A DNA stretch of 64,000 nucleotides from Lytechinus pictus (GCF_037042905.1 NC_087245.1:18106001-18170000), one strand, 5' to 3'. Positions 50,096-63,806 are shown, counted from the first letter of the stretch. The notes: generated from the sequence alone by a model not told the origin. Numbers and translations are program-made.

Positions 50096-53000
50096 CCTAT
50101 CCTTTCTCATTTCATTATTCACATTTTTCCTTTTCATTTTCCTTTCATTTCCTACTTTCATTACATCCGGAATATTCCATGTATTAGTCTCTTTTTATCT
50201 CAATTTCACCATGGAGCTATAGCTTCATGATTTCACTATGCTTTTGCAAATTTGTTTTACATTTCACTTTAATCTATTCTTCATGTACATGTACATGTAG
50301 CTTCAGTAATATTCTTTTGGGTCCCAAAAGAGATTTATTGGAGACATGTCTGCATTTCCAGCGTGTCTCATGATCCATTCCCTTCTCATGTATAATTCAT
50401 AAACGTTGCACATGTGAAACGCAAGATTAGCCATGGGGATGTAAGGTATCCGATGCCCTTCTCTCGTTGCACAAAAGGGGCATTGGTGTAGATTGCAGAT
50501 AAATCGTCACCTGGAGATGTTCTGCATGTGCTCACAATTATTTAGAAAGCTTTTCCCAAACCTCAGCTTTCAGGTGACATCATTTGAGGGATTCACTAGA
50601 CCAAGGAGCTTGAAAGGTCCTTGACTAGACCCTATGTTCTATATTCCATATCATTTATTTGTCATCTTTTCAATCACATGAAATACATGTATTACAAAGA
50701 CAAAGGAGACTATGTTCATGTAATTTCATACTGCGATTCAAATTAATATAATGGAGCACTTCCATACTGTGAGTGTCCCTCTAAATTTTCTTTCATATTC
50801 ACATTTATTTCTCATAGGATGTCAATTTTACAATTGTACTTATTGCCCTCTTTAGTTTAAACTTTTTGATCCATGTAGATTTAATCCTCTAGTACAATGT
50901 AGAAATTGTATTAGCTTGTGTAACCATAATCAGTAATATTTTTCATGACAGGCAGTTGCGAATCATCCCCTAGGAGCCTAGACTCTGTTCCATTAATAGG
51001 ATTTCCCCTACAAGGATATGATCTTCAGGTACACACCATACCCATTCAATATTATTAACCGGGGAAATATTCTCCAACCTGGGGTGTTAAAAATATAATA
51101 TCAGGAAAGCACGCTGTACTTCAAGCTGAGAAAGGCAGAGATGCATAGAATTGGCCTGTCCCTATACTCACTGGCTTGTGACTTGATATCTGGCTCTACA
51201 ATGTATGTATCCCCCTGCTGTTGACATGAAGCTGGTTTGAATTAGGCCCACAACTTTATGAGCTTTTTGCCAACTTTGATATTTGCCAACTCATTTTAGG
51301 GGGAACATTAGAGTGAGAGAGGAAGAAATCATTTATATTTTCATTTTTCTCAATACATGTACACAAATTTCACTTTTTCCAGCATCATATCGTAATTACA
51401 AGATACTTTCCTAATAGATCATTTGTTGCTAATCAGAAGACTTGGCCAATGGCCGCACAGTAGCGAGAAAATAATACCAGAGAAAAAAATTATTAAAATA
51501 TTCATAATAGAACAAAACTTTTAAGATCATCATAAAGAAACTTCTGATAGGGGATTCACATTATTCATCAGTTTTTTTGGGGAGGAGGGGGGGGGGGGGA
51601 GAGGTAATATTTTTTTATGACCAAGGGTCCACTCCACACAGAATTCCTTCCTACCCAGTGGAAAGGTCGTTGTTCTGTTTAGATAGAACTATTCCTGTTG
51701 TAGTGGAAATGATGTTAAACTTCATGATGTTGTGAAGTAAAGTAGTTCAAAGAATTTTAAAGCAATTTCACGAAAAAGCAGTAGTGTAAACAGTGCACTG
51801 GAGCAGATCTTGAAGATGAACTAGTAATGGCAATCATTAGCATTAAGTGGTTTCTGCCCCCGGTAAGGGGTAGTGATATCACAGTTTAATGAGTACCCTA
51901 GATAGACTGCTGAACCCTAATGAAGCCATATCTCATTTTACCCTGCCATCGCAGTTCACACACCAGTTCACACACTAGACTTGCTAGAATTCTGTTGATA
52001 GTCGTCTGGTTATTTTTTTTGTAATGAACATTGCGCCGTACACATTTTAAGGCAATATTTTGTGTACTTTCTGATATTTTCACATGTTTATAACAAATCG
52101 AATTTCAGGAATTCATCATTCTCATTATTCAGATTATTGGTATTAGTATTACAAAATCATTATCAATCTTCATATAAAATTGGAAATCATGCAGTGGCAA
52201 AAACCCCAACAATTTAATCACTATGAAAATTGGCTTATGAAATATAATACAAACTGCTATACTGAATGGGTGTCATAAAATTCTTGTGATACTATTGAAC
52301 TCTAGTCTGAACGTAACTGTACAAACATAAGGGTCTATCAAGGGTGCACAGTGTGCTAACTGGCTCCTGAAGTTCTAATATTGATTGACCTTATTGAAAA
52401 ATTATTTCTTATACAATATTTTGCTACTAGTCTGAAGGATCCATTTAATATATCACACTCCTTTCACACCACCTTCCTTCAGTATGGATCAAGAGTCAAT
52501 TATCTTAGTCTGAAGGGGCTGTGGAATAGCGCCCTTCAGAGTAGCTCCTCCCAGTGACGGAAATTAGTTCCACAGGGATCCTCTTGTGGAAACAGGACCA
52601 TTAATACCTTCTAGGGTTTCTTCATTAATGTACTACTCGGTTTACATGGGAATGAAATGTGAACGCCAATTAGTCATTCCAGGATTTCAATATGAGCCTA
52701 ATTTTGTGTGCCATTGCACTTTGTTATGAAGAGTTTTAGATTATTTACCTCAAAAATTCGCATGTCTCTCTCTATTCGAGGCAATAATGGTTGTATTTTT
52801 GAGTGGTTATTGATTTGAACGCATGTTTGTTGGGTGGAATAATTGTACATATATAGAAAAATAAAACAAATGTGAAGAGACAGAATTCAATATAGTTTTA
52901 CTTATCAAGAAAACATTACAAAATGCTAAATTGTTGAAACCCATAGCTCTAGAACTTATTTTTCACCAATTCATATATCTCCCATCCAAAACAGCTTTTC

Positions 53001-53614
53001 ATCCGGATTTTCGTTTGGATCATATGTAACCTTGCCTGACATACATGTATCCATCATGGCTAAGGCGGGATTAATTTGTTAGAATTTCAAGCGATAGCAA
53101 AAGTCAGATTAATGACAAGAAAGAAATTTACCACAAGAGTGATCAACATGTTACTGTGCAATTTTCATTAACCTTTCCATGGAGGTTCTGCATTTTTCAT
53201 TAATCTGAAATGAATTGGCAGGTACATGGAGTATGTGTGTCAAGTAGCATCTGGACAAATGATTGCGATATTAGAATATAGATAATCTTGAGCATTAACG
53301 CAAATGCATCTGGTAATGAACAAGTTGGACAAAATATGATGTTGAATTCTTGTGTCAGCTCTCTTACATTGACTTGTATTTCAGAAGGAAATTAGAAAAA
53401 TATCTTGATTAGTTTGTCAACTTTAATACTTACAGATCAAAGGAGACCAATCGTAATAATTTACTACTATAAAATTCATTAATGAATACATTGATAGATT
53501 AATAAACAAAAAGAAGAATATTAATTGTGGGATTATTATAATGAAGATATTGAAATACACAAATTCATACCATCCAGTAGAGACCAATAAACCAAAACTA
53601 CTTGGGTTTTCATT

Positions 53615-54542
53615 AGGCGGTGCTGCACCATCCCGAGTTTGCTCAATCTCGAGATTTTAGCCCGATCGGCCCTCTTCGCGATTAATCTCGAGATTCAAGA
53701 AACCCCGTCTCCACCATCGCAAGAAGAGCGATTCCTGCTCGAGCGAGGCAACAGGCCCGATATTCTGAGCATGCACACTTTCGGATCTTGGAGTTTCAAC
53801 GGCCCGTGCTTTTGAATAACTTCCCGCGATATGCAATCAATGTAATCCTTTCACTAGCACTTTCGCCGAATTCGACCGGTGTTATGCAACAATCCTCTCA
53901 GCTCAGTCGCGCTCAGCGAGTGAAGAAGTGATGTATTCTTAGGTAAATATGATGGCGGAGAAGGAGGCAACGACAGAGAGAGAGACAGAGAGAGAGGAGG
54001 AAAGAAATGCTATTTGCTCACATTTTGCGAAGGAATAAGACGACACTGTTGTCAGTGTTGTTATTGACTATGACCATCGTCGATAATGAGCGCCTCCCCC
54101 ATCGGTCTGGTCTCTCCCAAAATCCATTCACTGGTGGAACACCATTGTTGCTGATTGGGGAATTGATGAACGCTATTCGCGATAATGTCTATTCGCGTGT
54201 ATAAAGTTGACTTTCGCATGCATTCGCGATGTGTTTATGTTTTGACCAAGGCAGAAGTGGAACGCGAATTGCATTATGGACTGACGTCATGAATAAATTA
54301 CCCCGAGTCCAATCTCGAGTGTGTCTGCACCTACGAATTAGCGGGATAATTCGTAAAATAGCGCGCTATTTTGCAAATAAACCCGAGTTGACTTGGGATT
54401 GCAATCTCGAGATTAATCCTGCGAACTAGCGCGATAACTGCGTCTCCATTGCAAACAATCTCGAGATTTTTCAGATCGGGATAAATTGCCGGATCAGAAA
54501 TAGTGCGCTAATTTGAAAACTCGGGATGGTGCAGACGGCCCT
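53615..54542. mobile_element. PIF/Harbinger-like MITE
   Basis: TIR core CTGCACCATCCCGAGTTT, TSD ATT, AATCTCGAGATT subterminal palindromes. Confidence 0.85.
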
Positions 54543-56357
54543 ATTTAGGTTTTTAAATTGCCTCATTCAGCCTCATCAGGCTTAACAAAAAAAAAACACT
54601 CCAAGACTTTGTGATGCCATAATAGAAGGCTTTAATACTAGGCTACTCCAGGGATCACGCACGTATTCCCATAGACTCGTGTGTTAAAATGGCACTGTTA
54701 AGAATTCATAAAAAATAAAGTTGAAATTAGAGGGTTGAATGTTTACTACCAGTGGATAGGATATAAATGACCCTGTTCTCTGGCCAGAATAGGGTACCTT
54801 AGCCAGCTTATTTTAAAAATAAATTGACATTTATGAAGACATCTCCTCACAGGATCGAAGTCATCACCTGAAACAGTGAAGTAGCCCTAATTCCTCTGCC
54901 AGCCAAAAAACAGTTCCAAATGTATCAATATTTCGCCCTAATTTGGAGAAGGAAGTTCAGTAGTTGCCCTTCCTATAATCAGTGTTAGATGGTCAATCAT
55001 ATTCATACACTTATGTCAATCAGCAATATCAAATTGAAATTTTTTTGAATGGGTTGGGTCGAATGAATATCTTTTGCCTTCGTGTTGTAATTAGGCTCTT
55101 GGCAACTCCATGTATTGATATGAAGTATTGTTTGTTTATAATTAAGTGTAAACACACTTTAAATATTTGAATTGGGATGCAAATAATAAGAGTTAGGGTA
55201 GGAGGATATAGGATCTAGAAATGGGTTGATAATGATTGTAGAAAGGCAAGTTCAGCGATCATTGCTGAAAACAACAAAGTTGATCCTTGGTTCGATTTCT
55301 TCACATTGAATGAAAATGAAGCCAGGTAAATCATATGTCATAAAATTTTCAATTAAATAAGGTTGAATGACTGAGGAAGAATATGCTTCATATACACAAG
55401 AGCAGGGTATTTCCTTGGTTTAAAAAAAAAAAAAAAACGGGGATGGGGGTTACATCAACACATGTGGGGGTACAGTGTATTTAGTTGTATTCGTCTGTAT
55501 CATCAATATATTTTGAGTTGATTTCTGTGTCTCCATTGAAATGGCAAGTTGATGAATCAAATACATGCACAGTAATCTACAGAGTTGGTCTAAGACTTCT
55601 CCCACATTCTGATTTACGTCACTGGATCAGGAAGATTTGAACAATTTCAATACAATATACCAAAGAGAAACCATGAATATTATCCCTTCCTATCATATTG
55701 CCACCTGGAATTCTGGCATGTGTTTTTAAGAGGTTCTGTCAATACTTGTAAATAATAGTGAGCATGTGTGGTACCTGTTCGGAGGAACAACATTAGAAAG
55801 TGCAATCATCTGGATTCGTGCTGTTTTGGCAGAGATGAAGATGTTGACAACTTGCAACCGAGCTGCTGTTGGTGTAATAAGATAGCAATGCTCAAACATG
55901 TTTTGGGAGATGTTGCTCCAAACAATGACAGAGGCAAACATGGTTTTTAGAGATGACTCAAATCATGCACTGTTCACAGATCTGCATTGAGTCTTTTTAT
56001 TTGCTTTTGAATTTTAGAAGTATTTTTCAGTATTCTGCAATGTAATCTGGATTGATGTATAAATAAGATGTCCATATTCATAGGGGGACAGAAATATTTG
56101 ATAAAGGAATGTTGAGTGACACTACATGTAGTTATACCGGTAAATATTATAAAGTGTAATAGCACATTGATACAGTCATAGAGCATTTAAATTCTGCCAC
56201 ATTAAAAGCCAAAGGGTGAGTTTTAGCATCTGAAGCATGATCTGATACTCTCGCAAATTACATGTATGTTGACATAATTTTGATGTCCCTTGCAGATGAT
56301 ATAGATTTGTATGTAACTGAATGCCCTTTTCTTTCTGTACTTCTCTCACAATGACAG

Positions 56358-56873
56358 GTGTCTTTAGCCCAGTGGAGCGTGCAGACCGAGAGATCACTGA
56401 TATCACCCAAGACATTGCTAGCTGAAGAGTGAGCTCGATCTCTCACACGATGTCATTCAGAAACCGAGAAAGTGTCATTCGGTCAAGATTTATGAAGAAC
56501 ACATGATACCTCTTTCCATCTCGTTCAAGGTTGGAGGCAAGTCTTGCGAGCAAATATAGCGTTGATGAGAAGCAATTGTTTCATCCCTGATACCGCAGGA
56601 AAAACAGCAGATTGATTTGATTGTAACATGAGTTGGATGTAATATGCCTTGTGGAGATTAAAAGAGATAGCGTTCTCCAGCCCATCACCCATTATTTTAA
56701 TGACTGCAGGGTTTTTCTCGACCATGAAAGCTCGTGAGAGTTACAGAGAGGATAGAATACCTGCTCTTTGGCTGTGAAACCTATGAAGAAAACTAGAAAT
56801 CTATTTAATACGCTTCCTATTGAATTCAATTGTATTACAGTGAATAGTGTAAGAGGTTCAAGTGAACATACAA
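56358..56873 (+). other. Candidate EXTL3 5'UTR exon
   Basis: Long pyrimidine tract with ACAG| acceptor at 56357 and CAA|GTAAGG donor at 56874. More GC-balanced than flanks; no long ORF. Confidence 0.4.
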
Positions 56874-58630
56874 GTAAGGCTTGTATGATCAATCGTAGTA
56901 GACAAGCCCAAATTCCTATCTCTCAATCGATTTATTATTATAAGCTGATGCTTTCTCCTACATGTACATGTAAGTCTACTCTAGAACATATTACCCTATT
57001 GTGCAATATCTTATGGAATCTAAACTGGGTACCAATTCTTGTCCATAGATGCTACTAGGATGTGTTTGAATTGATTTATTAGCATTTGAAAGTAAAGGTC
57101 AGCTATTTTAACAGATAAATCTGTCTACCTCTGTACCTGACATTCAAAAGAGTAGCCACTACTTTCACATGTTTGTCCCTATTTGTAGCTACACTATCCA
57201 GTGATAAATGTCCACGTATAACTATAAATCAGTGAAATTTTTGTTTTTTTTATTTCTTTGAGTTTAAACTGATTTTAGTCGTAAACTTTTGTAAAAGGAC
57301 AATCACTACCCCAAAAAGAAGCTGATGGAAAAAAGACATTGATGTCACTTTTTAATACCTCATCCAAATAAAGTGGACATAGTATGTTAGTATTATTTAT
57401 AATATTAAGATTATATTAAGATTTGGTTGATTTTAGCTATACTGTAAAAGGGTATTGAATAGAAAAGGTGACGAAAGACATTGATACTGTATTGAATACC
57501 ACATCCAAACAAAGTGGCCAGAGTTCCAAAACTATTTTATACTATAGTGTAGAGAAGGAAGGAAGGAAGTTAGTGAATATTGTCCTTTGAACCTTTTCCT
57601 CTGTTGATATTTCAGTCTAAGGTACATTTCTCTCTGCTCCGTCATTGTCAGGTTGTGACATCATAACCTCACGATTGATTGCTTTAACACCAGACCTCTG
57701 CCATTTGAAATGTCTGATAAAACCATCCTAGTGTAGAGCAATGTGTGATGAATGATCTTGTCGCACTACCACTAATTTCAGAGGAAATTCTGAGGAATAA
57801 AAGTCTGTTTGCCTCTTTTGTAAAGGTTGTGTTTATCTGATTATAACCTATAAGAAAAAAAAGTATTTTTATAATAACAAGGAATAGTTACACAGTTTAT
57901 GAATTATAGTAGGTATAATCAAGATATGCCAAACCTTAATGCATACTTCTTCAAGGAATATAAAATGGCAGTTTGTGCTTTGTACAAGGATGGAATTGAA
58001 AGGCATGGGTTTTAATGTAATTGATATCAGTTATTTCTTACTCATCTTAAGAGTCTACCTTGCCTCCAGGGAGCTTAGTGTAACCCAATATTAAGAAGTG
58101 AGAAGATAAGTGATGATGGATTCCAGGGTAGTTTCGTGCACCGCCATCATTCCTTTCCAGCTGTGTATACCTTAGGCACTGTACGCTATCTGTCGCGGAG
58201 GAATAATTGAAGGATTAGGGTGCCCTCGTTGTTAGGGTTAGGTGTAGAGTGATGTGTAAACAAACTGGAGTTCATATTCAAAACTTTGGAGGCCCTTGAA
58301 GATAGATCGATGTAAGAACTTGCCAGTATTGCCTTTTTTTCTTGAGAAGAGAAGTGCCAATATACCGTATACATGTAGAAGAAGCAGAATATCAATTGTA
58401 ATTTTATTATATGTTGAGCTTCCCATTTTGATTTTCTATTTTAATTGCAACAATTATGAGATGAAACAATATAATTTTTTAATTGTCATTTATAATACCC
58501 TGTCTTAAAGAAATTAGTTGACTCAATTTTGACTGTAGAAATGAAAATATTTGAAAGTATTGATAAATTATTCATGAATTTGAATCAAATTTTAAAACTG
58601 GTTGTATAGTTGAATAAAGGGTGAAGGAGA

Positions 58631-60784
58631 ATGGCTTTCAGTGACTCCCAACCATTTTGGGATCCAAGTCGGACAATGGAATACCAGAGCAAGAGGGACT
58701 TTTCACCACCTAAGTCTCCAACAAGGAGTTTATCATTTTCCAAGTGGCTGCAACGAAGTGGCCAGCTGACACGACTGATCGTTTTATTGTTGGTGATCTT
58801 GATTTTGCTCCCTCTGTTGACCCATTATTACCTGAGCAATACAGATCTAGATTCACTAGATCAAAGGAGTTTTAGTATTTCACTAGATGAAATGATTGCA
58901 CTGAAGCCTAGTGAGTTTAAATCACATTTGGTGGAGCTCTATCGCATTAAAAATTCTGTTCAAACGGAGTTGCGGCAATTGGAGGAGAAGAGAAAATTTT
59001 TACAAGCTCAGGTCACACGTTTGTCACTGCAGTTAGAGCAAGCACAGTCCGAGGTCCGTAGTGCTATTGCAGAAAGAGATCGCATCAAGGATCAGATCCA
59101 ACAGACCATCAGAGATCAGAGTGAGATTGTAGAAAGAAGTCTTCGGCACATCTCTGCTCCTTATCAAATTCTTCCTAATTTAGAAGACAGTGGAGATATC
59201 GAGCCACCAAGTTTGCCAGCAAGATGTTCACAGCATACATGCTTTGATTACTCACGATGTTCGCTCACATCACGATTTCCAGTATTTGTGTATAATTCTA
59301 ATGATTTATGGCGAGGTGGTAGTAAGTTAGACTCAACTATAAAGCTTACTGTCACAAATGCATTTGGACGGAGTTCTTATCTAACACGTGATGCCAACTT
59401 AGCCTGTGTTTATGTGGTGCTAGTAGGAGAGTTGGAAGATCAGGGTAACCTACCAAGTAGTCGTGAGCTTGAAGTTAGACTACACAAACTACCATACTGG
59501 AGGAGTGATGGCAGGAACCATCTCCTCCTGCACATTGTAAGAAGTCTTTCCACTCGAAACATTCTGCAGAATGTCAATACAGGACGTGCCATCGTTGTTC
59601 AGACACCCTTCGCGGATTCCCAATTTCGTTCAGGGTTCGACATCGTCGCGCCAATGCTCCTTGGGCTTAGCTCAGAAACAGACTGGAAGGAGGTTCCTCT
59701 GCAGTTCCCCGCCAGAAGGAAATATCTTATTACATATCAGGGATCAAAACCAACTCAGACTATGGTGCAAACAGAATATGTAGACAATGCTCCTCTGAGT
59801 AGGAGGCTTAAAGATGTAGATAGGACTAAATCTGTAGAGGACCTTATGATTCTAGAAATGGAGAAACTGAATTCTCTATCTGATGATAATGTCCATCTTG
59901 ATTTTACTTGTAAATCCTTTAAATCGTTTGATGGCATTGATGCCTCAGACTGGAAGCTATGCAGTACAAAGACAGAGAGATCACATCTCTTAAAGCAATC
60001 AACTTTTGTATTAATATTAAGTCCAGGAGACCATATAGTATCTTCCACTTCTTTCTACACCCGCTTTTTTGAAGCCCTTCAAACTGGTGCAATACCTGTA
60101 ATTGTAGGAGAACACATGCAGTTACCTTTTAGTGAATTTATTGCTTGGAATGAAGCTTCTATAGTTCTTCCCCGCTCCAGAATAACAGAACTCTACTTCT
60201 ATCTAAAGACCATCCAGGACAATGATATTCTCAAGCTCCGCAGACAAGGATGGTTCCTTTGGACAACTTATTTATCAAATACAGATGCCGTCATCAACGG
60301 CATCATTGCCACTCTAAGAACTAGAATAGGAATCCCAGCCAATGTAGTGCCACAAGAGAAAGCCCTTGATCTCTTCACTGAGGACTTCCCTCAGAAGACG
60401 CAGCAAGCTGAGCAGATGTACCCAGAGTCTGATGATGTCTTCCCAGCCCCTGAGCTTCCTTTCCCCTCCCCAAAGTTCCTCAGGAATTACACGTCTATTG
60501 CAATGGATTCCCATTTTACATGGAACAACCCACCAGGTGCTCAGTTCATGTTCCCGTACACCCCATTCGACCCTGTCGTTCCGTCGGATGCCAAGTTCTT
60601 GGGCTCAACCCTTGGATTTCGTCCAATAGGAGGTGGTGCAGGAGGCTCAGGCAAGGAATTCCAGGAGTCTCTAGGAGGCAATGTACCCAGGGAGCAGTTC
60701 ACGATAGTCATGCTAACTTATGAGAGAGAGGCAGTCCTAATGAATTCTCTGATTCGACTCATGGGATTACCTTTCTTGAATAAG
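58631..60784 (+). CDS. EXTL3: Exostosin-like 3 glycosyltransferase, first (large) coding exon: TM anchor, coiled coil, exostosin/GT47 domain, start of GT64 domain
   Basis: 718 codons from the ATG. Hydrophobic anchor LIVLLLVILILLPLLTHYYL, coiled coil, CFDYSRCSLTSRFPVFVY, LPYWRSDGRNHLL, RFFEALQTGAIPVIVG, GGGAGGSGKEFQESLGGNVPREQFTIVMLTYERE. Ends at donor AAG|GTAAGC (60785, phase 0). Confidence 0.96.
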
Positions 60785-60982
60785 GTAAGCAAGATGTTAT
60801 TGCACATTTTATAAGGAGACATTCTGGTGTCAGAGGGTTTTTTTCCTTTTGTTAATAAATGGACATTTTTGGGGCTCCATAAATACAAAAGTCAAATGTC
60901 ATTTATGGTCATTTAAAAGATTGATACTTTCTATTGTTCAAGATTGATACTTTCTATTGTTCATTGCTTAGTTCATACTTAA

Positions 60983-61564
60983 AGGTCAATTCCACCCCAG
61001 GAAAATGCTGACTTGAATAAATAGAGAAAAATCAAACTAGCATTGTGCTGAAAATTTCATCAAAATCGGATGTAAAGTGAGAAAGTTATGACATTTTAAA
61101 GTTTCACTTATTTTTCACAAAATAGTGATATGCACAACCAAATGAGTCAGTAGATGATGTCTATCACTCACTATTTCTTTTGTTTTTTATTGTTTGAATT
61201 TTACAATATTTCATTTTTTATAGATTTGACAATGACCAACTTGACTGAACCATATAGCATTAAACAATGCTAATTCCACATGTTCTGGGAGGAATTAATC
61301 GTTGTATCACTTGACAATGAGGAGAAAATTAGAATATTTCATATAATAAAATACAAAATAAATAGTGAGTGGATGACGTCATAGTCTCCTTATTTGCATA
61401 CCAGCCAGGATGTGCATATAACTGTTTTGTGAAATTAAGCGAAACTGTAGAAATGTCATAACCTCCTTATTTTACATCTGATTTTGATGAAATTTTCAGT
61501 GTTATGCTTGTTGGATTTTTCTCTTTTTATTCAAATCAACTTTTTGTTGGGGTGGACTTGTCCT
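60983..61564. mobile_element. TTAA-TSD MITE (Kolobok-like) inside the EXTL3 intron
   Basis: TTAA|AGGTCAATTCCACCCCA ... TGGGGTGGACTTGTCCT|TTAA. Shares GAAAATTTCATCAAAATCGGAT with the 13787 family. Confidence 0.85.
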
Positions 61565-61823
61565 TTAATATCTTATAAACATATCAGTTACAGATTGTCC
61601 AGCCATTTCTGGTGTATCCTAACACACAATTAGATATTTAAAAAGGGATAAAAAATTAACATTAACATTATATGTATTCTGTATAATTATGTATATATGT
61701 AAATATATGAAGAAAAATAAAATGTTAAAAGGAAATTTAATATTATACAGGGACAGTTCATATTTTGGCACTTATGGAAAGATTACACTTTTCATTGAAT
61801 CTATTTTTGGCTCCGCTCATCAG

Positions 61824-61898
61824 GTAATTGTTGTCTGGAACTCCCCTGAGATGCCAGCTGCTGATCTAGTATGGCCTGAGATTCATGTTCCCATAAAG
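61824..61898 (+). CDS. EXTL3: EXTL3 coding exon 2 (VIVVWNSPEMPAADLVWPEIHVPIK)
   Basis: Acceptor CATCAG| at 61823 and donor AAG|GTAAAG at 61899. 75 nt, phase 0/0, continues the GT64 VVVWN motif. Confidence 0.93.
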
Positions 61899-62582
61899 GT
61901 AAAGATAAATATTGATTTTTTTTTTTACATTTAATTTTTTAATTTTTTTTTTCATTCTTTGTAATTTTATTTATAATGTCATTTATTTATGTACATGTAT
62001 TTTATTCTGTCATTATTTTTTATTCAAATTATTTTTTTTTTTGAGGGGGGAGGTGGTTAAAAAAATATCCCTTGAAAGGGCTGCTGTTTTCTAAAATTGC
62101 TCATCAATCACTTTAAAGATAGAGAGGATGACAGACCTCTATTATGTTACCAATTACACCAGCATCATATAATTAGAAGGATGAGATCTTATTATTTTCT
62201 TTTTAACCAATTATGATTGTTATGGATGTGTGCTTGAATAATGCCAGTCACTATTCTTGATTTGGCTACTGTTTAAAGTTCTTGAGCATGTGGCTTTCCT
62301 TTTCGTTTTTTCAAATATTCTCACATCATGATTGGCAGTTTTCATGATTTGCAGTTACTGGATGGGGTGGGGGCTTTGATGGGTGTCAAAGACTTATATT
62401 TCTAATATTCACCTTCTCCATACAGTGTACCTGTATTTATGAACAAAATGTACTGCATGGGCACTTAAAATTGTGGAGGTAGGCTTTACATCTTAATATA
62501 AACTGCATCACTCAGTGTTGTGCACATGTACGAGTATAATTCATGTTAGTTGATAACACTGCTAATTGATTGATCTAATTAG

Positions 62583-62710
62583 GTGGTGAGGACGACAGTG
62601 AATAGCCTCAATAACCGCTTTCTGCCTTATGATGAGATCGAGACTGAAGCCATCTTGTCCCTGGATGATGATGCTCATCTGAGACATGACGAGATTCTCT
62701 TTGGTTTCAG
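62583..62710 (+). CDS. EXTL3: EXTL3 coding exon 3 ([43 protein letters not shown]), contains the DXD motif
   Basis: Not in the ORF track; translated by hand. NSLNNRF and SLDDD GT64 motifs, TTAG| acceptor, donor CAG|GTAACA at 62711. 128 nt, phase 0/2. Confidence 0.94.
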
Positions 62711-63387
62711 GTAACAAGAGTTACTCTGAATTATTGAAGTTAGGTATCTAGTTGTCTCAATGGCACTAACAAAGATTTGAAATGAGGACCATTGTTGCAT
62801 ATTGCTCAACATAGCCACCAACCTGGATTGTTATTTGAAATTTGCAATTCATCTCAAATCATTGTGCTATGCGCTCTTGTGTTATCACTTTGATATCATT
62901 AGGGACTTTTCAATCCATGGTGCAATGATGTACTCATTAATGTATCATTTAAATTAATGTTTATGATATTATCAATATATGAAGACCTTGTGCATCATGT
63001 CAAACAAGGAAGACATGTAAAGTTGACCTGCATGTCCATTTTGTTTTCTTCTGGATAACATTCATTATTTGAAGTGGGTTGTCCTTCGGGTATTGCATGT
63101 GTTAGCTGTTCTTGCTGTACTTGCTCAACTGCCTCATAGGCAACTCCACCAAAATGTTACACAGAGTTCACTATAAGGTAGTTGATCAAACATAAGCAAA
63201 GTGAAGACGACTGGAGAAATCATAAAGCTCTTTATTTGTTGCTGTGGGCCTAGAAGTTTTTTTTTTTAATTTAGAAAAGGATTGAATAATCATGTATGAT
63301 ATACATATATAAGAGGTTTCTTTCAGTATAATATGATAGTGACAAGAGCAATCTTCTAACTTTGTTATTCTATATGCTGGTGTATTT

Positions 63388-63555
63388 CAGGGGCCGTGGT
63401 ACGGTTCTTAAAGTGGGGGGGGGGGGGGCTGAGCCAAAAGTGGGGCGGGGGGCTGACCATGCAAAAAATCACAATCATATGGTCTTATTTACGTTTTTGT
63501 ACACGGTTTTGGAAAAAAGTGCCCCCCCCCCCCCCCCCCGCTTCCGCGGCCCCTG
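63388..63555. mobile_element. Small CAGGGGCCG-terminal MITE in the EXTL3 intron
   Basis: CAGGGGCCGTGG ... CCGCGGCCCCTG with poly-G/poly-C; TSD unresolved. Confidence 0.7.
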
Positions 63556-63806
63556 TATTGACCCATGGTTATGGCATAACAAGTTCATTTTAACTTATTT
63601 AGAATCATCATCTGGTCCAAAACATTTAAAAGTACTGATGAAGATTTCATATTGTCTGCTGAATAGCATAATAAAAGTTTAAAATTGGAAAGATGAGGCC
63701 TATAGATAATGAATTCTTTTATCACTGTTATTCTTATATTTCAAGAAAGAAGTGTGAATGATAGGAAAGGCCTAATCACTTGCTATTTGCTTTGTAAATC
63801 TTTCAG

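Noticed and set aside
800..58508. Numerous 60-130 aa ORFs in the track
   Set aside because: No recognisable domains; many start at non-ATG codons and overlap MITEs or low-complexity tracts.
59571..60723. Alternative-frame and antisense ORFs within EXTL3
   Set aside because: Expected shadows of a long coding exon; no independent signals.
60785..60814. C-terminus VSKMLLHIL* of the 727-aa ORF
   Set aside because: Intron read-through; GT64 homology resumes at 61824.
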